Position numbers and translations under genes: made by a program. DNA of 32,000 bases, from contig NC_017039.1 of assembly GCF_000284455.1 (NCBI RefSeq), positions 120,001-152,000 of the forward strand, in the 5' to 3' direction. Shown here piece by piece: positions 26,980 to 32,000 of the stretch. The DNA comes from Synechocystis sp. PCC 6803 substr. PCC-P. GTDB taxonomy: Bacteria; Cyanobacteriota; Cyanobacteriia; Cyanobacteriales; Microcystaceae. The notes below the pieces were generated by a model. That model did not search any database. It was given only the letters and a program-made list of their open reading frames with translations, and was not told the DNA's origin. The number at the start of each line of letters is the position of its first letter. The stretch's first letter is position 1.

Positions 26980-27894
26980 ATGGTCGCTATTATTTACAGC
27001 GCAGAGTTTTTGCGCCACGAAACTGGCCCCACCCACCCCGAGTGTCCGGCCCGACTGACGGCGATCGCCACTGCTTTACGGAAGATGCCCGGAGCGAATT
27101 ACCTCCATTGGCAAAAGCCTTCCCCGGTGACGTGGAATTTAGATCCATACATCCTCCGATGCCATAGCCAGGAATATTTAAACAAATTGGCGAAATTGGC
27201 TGAGCTAGGGGGCGGTTCCCTCGATGCGGATACCCCTGTTTCTCCCCAGAGCTATGATGTAGCCCGCTTGGCGGTGCGGGCCTGGCTAGATGGGGTTGAC
27301 CATGTCTTAAATCAACGGGAGGCGGTGTTTGTGTTGGCCCGTCCCCCTGGGCACCATGCTATTCGTAACACGGGTATGGGTTTTTGTTTGCTCAACAATG
27401 TGGCGATCGCCGCCCATTACGCCTTAACTAGACCAGGGGTGGAGCGGGTAGCCATCTTAGATTGGGATGTACACCATGGCAATGGCACTGAAGCATTGGT
27501 GGACCATAACCCCCGGATTTTCTATTGTTCCCTGCACCAATTTCCCTGCTATCCCGGCACAGGGGCCGCTGGCGATCGGGGTCAACACGACAATGTGCTT
27601 AATATTCCCCTCAAACCAGGGGGGGATGGCAAAGTTTATCGGGAGGCGTTTGAGCATAAAGTTCTCCCATTTTTACGGCAAGTGAAGCCGGATTTACTCT
27701 TGGTGAGTGCTGGTTATGATGCTAACCACTCCGATCCCTTGGCCTATATGAACCTAATTCCGGAGGATTACGGCATGATGACCCATTATCTGATGGAAAT
27801 ATCTCCCTATCCGGTTTTAGGACTGGAAGGGGGCTACCATTTGCCGAGCTTGGCCAAATCCGTGGTGGAAACCCTCAAGCCTTTATTGTTCTAA
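26980..27894 (+). CDS. histone deacetylase-family zinc amidohydrolase (HDAC / acetoin-utilisation / acetylpolyamine amidohydrolase-like), 304 aa
   Basis: RPPGHHA, ILDWDVHHGNGT, SAGYDA and LEGGYH are the arginase-deacetylase fold catalytic and zinc motifs of the HDAC family. Confidence 0.88.
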   Translation: MVAIIYSAEFLRHETGPTHPECPARLTAIATALRKMPGANYLHWQKPSPVTWNLDPYILRCHSQEYLNKLAKLAELGGGSLDADTPVSPQSYDVARLAVRAWLDGVDHVLNQREAVFVLARPPGHHAIRNTGMGFCLLNNVAIAAHYALTRPGVERVAILDWDVHHGNGTEALVDHNPRIFYCSLHQFPCYPGTGAAGDRGQHDNVLNIPLKPGGDGKVYREAFEHKVLPFLRQVKPDLLLVSAGYDANHSDPLAYMNLIPEDYGMMTHYLMEISPYPVLGLEGGYHLPSLAKSVVETLKPLLF

Positions 27895-27904
27895 GGGAGT
27901 TTGA

Positions 27905-27939
27905 CCCCGGCAAGGTTTGGAATCCGTGGGGCGAGTTTT
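27905..27939 (+). terminator. weak candidate terminator after the HDAC-like gene
   Basis: ccccgg (27905-27910) pairs with ccgtgggg (27924-27931) with one bulge around a 13-nt loop. cgagtttt follows. The structure is imperfect. Confidence 0.25.
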
Positions 27940-28021
27940 GCTCTATCCTCCTTTGGGTCTGTGGAAGACTTTTATTCTTTTTTTCCTAAACTTCAGGGAG
28001 ATTTTTGACAACAGAGAATAG

Positions 28022-28942
28022 CTAGAGTTTTTTCCGTTGGGACTCTCCCCAGTAACCCATCAACTTATAGGCTAGTTTAGCGGTAGAAAATTCCGACACC
28101 ACCGAGCCTCGCACTGGGGCCAGTTCCATCAAGTCGCAACCAATTACTTGCTTGGTTTGAAAAAGACGGCGGAAAAAATTTAACCCTTCATACCAACCTA
28201 GCCCCCCCGGTTCAGGGGTGCCGACTCCCGGCATAAACCCCGGATCAAAACCGTCCATATCAATGGTGAGAAAGACTTTTTGTGTGGTGATGCTGGCGAT
28301 CGCCTCGTTAATCCAATTGGGATTATCGGCCATTTCCCTGGCCCAAAACACAGGAATATTTTTTTCCCGAATCAAATCTGCCTCTTCCTGACAAATGGCC
28401 CGAATGGCGATCGGCAGAGTGGGTAAGCCCAATTCCAACACCCGGCGCATTACACAGGCATGGTTATGGCAGGAACCTTCAAATTTGTCCCGCATATCCC
28501 CATGGGCATCAATTTGCACCACCGTAAAAGGCTCCGATGTCCCCCTTTGCATAGCCCGCACTACCCCAGTGGTAATGGCATGTTCCCCACCGATCGCCAC
28601 TACAAATTTACCGTCTTCCACAAAAGGGGCAATGCCGTCACAAACCTCCGTTACCATGGCGTCTCCAGCCAAAGCGGGATGCTTATTGCTGTCCGCCAGG
28701 GGAGCGCAGGTGTAAATACCCAAATCATGGCAGGGGGAAGTGCCCAACTCTTCGTCATAGGCTTCCAACTGGTCCGAAGCTTCTAGCACCGCCTCAGGGC
28801 CATGCTCACAACCCTTACGGTAGGAAGTAGTTGCCTCATAGGGAATGGGCACCACCACCACAGCGGCATCAGCATAGGAGGTAATGGCTTCCGACTCCAG
28901 AAACTGTTTGGGCCCAGAGGTAAATTTATTAGGACTATGCAT
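28022..28942 (-). CDS. arginase-family ureohydrolase (agmatinase / guanidino-acid hydrolase-like), 306 aa
   Basis: The binuclear metal-site motifs are GGEHAIT, QIDAHGDM and TIDMDGFDP. The N-terminal SYRKGCEHGPEAVLEAS is typical of agmatinase-like members. Substrate is not deducible from sequence. Confidence 0.85.
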   Translation of the reverse strand: MHSPNKFTSGPKQFLESEAITSYADAAVVVVPIPYEATTSYRKGCEHGPEAVLEASDQLEAYDEELGTSPCHDLGIYTCAPLADSNKHPALAGDAMVTEVCDGIAPFVEDGKFVVAIGGEHAITTGVVRAMQRGTSEPFTVVQIDAHGDMRDKFEGSCHNHACVMRRVLELGLPTLPIAIRAICQEEADLIREKNIPVFWAREMADNPNWINEAIASITTQKVFLTIDMDGFDPGFMPGVGTPEPGGLGWYEGLNFFRRLFQTKQVIGCDLMELAPVRGSVVSEFSTAKLAYKLMGYWGESQRKKL

Positions 28943-29683
28943 CTATTTTTCTAAGTTATTTTGCCCTGTAATTACCTTGGCGGACTGAATCTTGTCCCCC
29001 TGTTTGATTTTCAGCACTACGTCCATACCCTGGGTGACGTAACCAAACACAGCATAATCACCGTCTAAAAATCCCGTTTCATCGGACAGGGTGAAATAAA
29101 ACTGGGAAGAAGCGGAGTCTGGCATTTGGGAGCGGGCCATAGCCACAGCGCCGGTTTTGTGGGGCAGCATCACCGGAAATCCAGCTTGATTGCCCAAGGC
29201 TCGACTGTAGACCGGGGTTTCTGGTGCATTTTCTACTGCAGGGTCCACCTTAATCTCCAAGGGAATATTGCGGGGACGTTGGGTGTTTTTATCCACATAA
29301 CCCCCCGTACCGTCACCTTTGGGGTCTCCCCCCTGGGCCACAAAACCATCTACCACCCTGTGGAAAGTTAAACCGTTGTAGAAGCCCTGTTCCACTAAGT
29401 CAACAAAGTTACCGGCGGTAATCGGCGCATTTTCCCCATCCACTTCAATGATGATTGGTTGGCCATTAACCATCATTTCCACAGTGGCTTTGCCATTTAA
29501 GCGAGGCTTATAGTCTTTATATGGATCCGTTGTTACCTGGGCCACTGGGCTGTTGGTTTCCGTGGGGGAAGGCTCGGCTGAAGAATTGGCAGAGGGCTGA
29601 TTGCAGGCAGTCAGTAAAATGTTGACGACAAAAAAGATGCCCACAAACCAAGTGGCTCGGCTGATATTCGGTAAAATCCTCAT
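28943..29683 (-). CDS. ppiB: cyclophilin-type peptidyl-prolyl cis-trans isomerase with lipoprotein signal, 246 aa
   Basis: The signal peptide carries a lipobox (NILLTAC). The cyclophilin core motifs are [29 protein letters not shown] and YAVFGYV. Confidence 0.9.
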
Positions 29684-29888
29684 AAAATCTAATCTCCGTA
29701 ATTGCTAATGGCAACTGCCTTTCATCGTTTATGTAAATTAACCAACTTTAAAGTCCTTGTTAGGAACCTTAGTCCACTTTAGATAACTTTCTAGGGGAAA
29801 TGGGGACCAATTGAACATAACAAACCCCCGTTTCTGCCCTGAATTTGGTGTTCTTGGTAGTGAAATCTGACAGCACGGGAATGGCAAT

Positions 29889-30455
29889 TTACAAACCTTC
29901 TAGGGGTACTCCTAGAAAGCGGGCTAACTCAGCCCCCTGGTTTTCCAATTGGGAGAGCGAAATGGGTTGGCCTGCCCTGGTGAGGGGAATATCTCTTCGC
30001 TGTTTGACTTTGAGGTATAGGGAGCGTTTGGGGTTAACGCCTTCTTTAATTTCCGCCTTTACCGCCTGGACATCGGCAATTTTATTGATCAACTCAATGC
30101 GGCGGTTTTTGCCGGGGAAGCCCCAACGGAAAATGGTCACTTGCCCGGACTTTTTATTGAATTCGTTGTAACCACTGCCGACGTTTAGAGCCATGGTTAG
30201 CCAGAGATAGCCTGCCACTGTGCTGCCGGCCACACCGTAGAAAAGTAGCGCCACACCCTGGGGAATAAACTGCAGTCCGGTGGTGTCACTAACAATCAAA
30301 AGATTTTTGCCAAAGTAGCTAGAAAGGCCGGCCAACAGGAAACCGACACCACCAATGGTAGAAATTCCAGCCCAGAAAAAGTTGCTGAAGCGGCGGGCTC
30401 CCAATACTTCTTGGCGCAAAACTTGGGAAGATTCTGCGAGCGTCTGTCCACCCAT
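29889..30455 (-). CDS. ycf4: photosystem I assembly protein Ycf4, 188 aa from ATG 30455
   Basis: GARRFSNFFWAGISTIGGVGFLLAGLSSY and two TM helices are followed by FRWGFPGKNRRIEL, which is characteristic of Ycf4. The ORF-track TTG start at 30470 adds 5 aa. Confidence 0.9.
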   Translation of the reverse strand: MGGQTLAESSQVLRQEVLGARRFSNFFWAGISTIGGVGFLLAGLSSYFGKNLLIVSDTTGLQFIPQGVALLFYGVAGSTVAGYLWLTMALNVGSGYNEFNKKSGQVTIFRWGFPGKNRRIELINKIADVQAVKAEIKEGVNPKRSLYLKVKQRRDIPLTRAGQPISLSQLENQGAELARFLGVPLEGL

Positions 30456-30593
30456 GTATTTCTCTAACAATAATTACAACGAAACTAACCATTGAATTTT
30501 ACCCCATCAGGGCTAGGGGCTAGGATGATAGGGCGATCACCTTAGGGGAACTGGGGTCTAACCTCTACCAAATTTTGGGAGCTAGGGGACTTT

Positions 30594-32000
30594 TCAAACG
30601 GTCCCAGAAGGAGGAATACGAAGGCAATAACTTTTTTCATCTCCCCAACGCCCCTGGGTTAACCAAGGGGGATAACCATCTGTCATTACTTGCACCGGCC
30701 CTAACTGGGCCAATTGTCGAGCCCGACGATAATGAAAACTACGTTGGAGGCCGTTATCCAGTTGCTGGGCCAATGTTGATTCCTCTCCGGCGATCGCCAT
30801 CATTGCCCCGGAGGATAGGTACAAAACGTAATGGGGCTGGGTTCCTGGGACTGGCACTAGGAAGCAAAGACCAATGTTACCAACTAAGCCAAGATTATTA
30901 AGGGTTTCAGCCACAAATTCTTCGGTTAGTTTTTCTCCCACCAAGTCACTCACCCGATCGCCCCTACCCACCAAAGCCAGGCAAGGGGTTTTGGCATACC
31001 AATGGGATACCTGCAGGCGATCGCCAAGGCGATAACGGTATAGTCCCCCCAAAGTGGAAATAATTAATTGATAAGTTTGCCCTGTTTGCACTTTGCACAA
31101 GTCAACAATGGTGCCATCAGCGGTCATAAATTCCAACACAATTTGGTTCACTAAGGGCACAAATCCCCCAGCTTTAATTAGAGGAATGGTAATGGGAGCT
31201 TCCGTGGCCAATAAGCCTTTTCCTTGGATAAATACTCCGGGAAAATAAGTCTGTAAAGCCCTAGCTTGTTCCCCGGCAAATAGTTGATCCCAACAGGAAA
31301 TTAATTTTAATTTTGGCCAGATTTTTAGCCAATCAATCGGATCTATTTCTAATGCTTTTCGTCTTGTGTCATCCAGGCGATCACCAAGGGCCGTGATCAG
31401 GGCGTGACGGTGCTGGGCCATAAACGTTAATTGCACTGTCAAAAAAGTTGGACTCCAAAGGGAAATAATTTCTAAGTCTGGATTTTGCAATAAAGCTAAG
31501 GCCAAAGCCCAACGAAAAGCGTCTCCGTCAGGAAAATGATTACCTACCCGTACCAAAAAATGACCACTAAGCCAGCGCAGAGGCCCCGTCAAATAGTCCG
31601 TGTCATCAATGCCCCCAGGGCGATCGCCAAGGGTGGGAGAAACACAAGCATAGGTTTTACCTGTGCGAAAATCTGGGCCATGGTGGAGCAGGTCATAGGC
31701 CCAAACCGCAAACATGGAGGTAAATGCAGTCAGTAAACCATGGGTGTAGGGAATTTGTTTAATCGCGCCAGAACTGCCCGAAGTTTGTTGCCAATAATGA
31801 ATTTTTTCGTTGGTAATTATTGATTGTTTAGGTGAGGTTTGCTGTTGTTCTAACCAGGAAAAAAAATCATCATAGCTAACTACGGGAATAGCCGACCAAG
31901 GAGAGTCTTTAGTGATCCCCAAAGATTGGCCATAACGGGTGTGAGTTAGGCGCTGAATAATTTTGGTTTTTAACCGCTCTTGTTCAACGTCAGGCTGATG
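30594..32000 (-). CDS. GH3-family acyl-adenylate-forming enzyme homologue; partial, 5' end beyond the window
   Basis: TSGSSGAIKQIPYT matches the GH3 SSGT(S/T)xGxxKxIP adenylation motif. IWPKLKLISCW matches IWPN.KY. YRYRLGDRLQV matches YR.GD.L.V. The frame stays open through position 32000 (HQPDVEQERLKTKIIQRLTHTRYGQS upstream of the ORF-track TTG), so the real start is outside the window. Confidence 0.8.
   Translation of the reverse strand, partial: HQPDVEQERLKTKIIQRLTHTRYGQSLGITKDSPWSAIPVVSYDDFFSWLEQQQTSPKQSIITNEKIHYWQQTSGSSGAIKQIPYTHGLLTAFTSMFAVWAYDLLHHGPDFRTGKTYACVSPTLGDRPGGIDDTDYLTGPLRWLSGHFLVRVGNHFPDGDAFRWALALALLQNPDLEIISLWSPTFLTVQLTFMAQHRHALITALGDRLDDTRRKALEIDPIDWLKIWPKLKLISCWDQLFAGEQARALQTYFPGVFIQGKGLLATEAPITIPLIKAGGFVPLVNQIVLEFMTADGTIVDLCKVQTGQTYQLIISTLGGLYRYRLGDRLQVSHWYAKTPCLALVGRGDRVSDLVGEKLTEEFVAETLNNLGLVGNIGLCFLVPVPGTQPHYVLYLSSGAMMAIAGEESTLAQQLDNGLQRSFHYRRARQLAQLGPVQVMTDGYPPWLTQGRWGDEKSYCLRIPPSGTV

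Noticed and set aside
26895-27167. 90-aa plus ORF overlapping the start of the HDAC-like gene in another frame
   Set aside because: The HDAC-frame N-terminus (MVAIIYSAEFLRHETG..HPE.P.RL) is the canonical start of the family. The alternative frame is featureless.
30505-30595. Recurring CTAGGGG / GCTAGGGG motifs in the spacer upstream of ycf4, also seen at 23944 and as the complement at 10-17
   Set aside because: The motif is short and the number of copies is compatible with chance in 64 kb of two-strand sequence. The spacing is not regular and I could not define a longer shared unit.

Overview
The window reads as chromosomal DNA from a HIP1-rich unicellular cyanobacterium. Gene order and several protein sequences match my memory of Synechocystis sp. 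PCC 6803, but no search was possible. The order is hik33, psaD, trpE, crtE, phoU, rimP-nusA-ylxR-infB, a GST-like gene, glgX, cbiF, a BlaI/BlaR1-like pair, bcp, psbM, an HDAC-like gene, then a ureohydrolase, a cyclophilin, ycf4 and a GH3-like gene. About 32 protein genes are supportable, and most are core housekeeping or photosynthesis genes. Mobile DNA consists of one complete IS630-family element (ISY100-like) whose transposase is split at an A9 run, and one decayed relative followed by AT-rich debris. I saw no rRNA, tRNA or CRISPR array. psbM (35 codons) is absent from the ORF track and was recovered by hand. I do not see a convincing new multi-gene system such as a defence island. The most interesting loci are (1) a sensor-domain-less BlaI/BlaR1-type repressor-protease pair, which I believe is the copper-responsive PetR/PetP switch; (2) a tyrosine recombinase, ribbon-helix-helix protein and tail-anchored coiled-coil protein next to a very AT-rich tract at the left edge; (3) a bacterial GH3-family adenylating enzyme upstream of ycf4; (4) an HLR1-like direct repeat between hik33 and psaD; and (5) an HDAC-like amidohydrolase convergent with an arginase-family ureohydrolase of uncertain substrate. 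All coordinates and repeat counts were derived by eye and should be recomputed.
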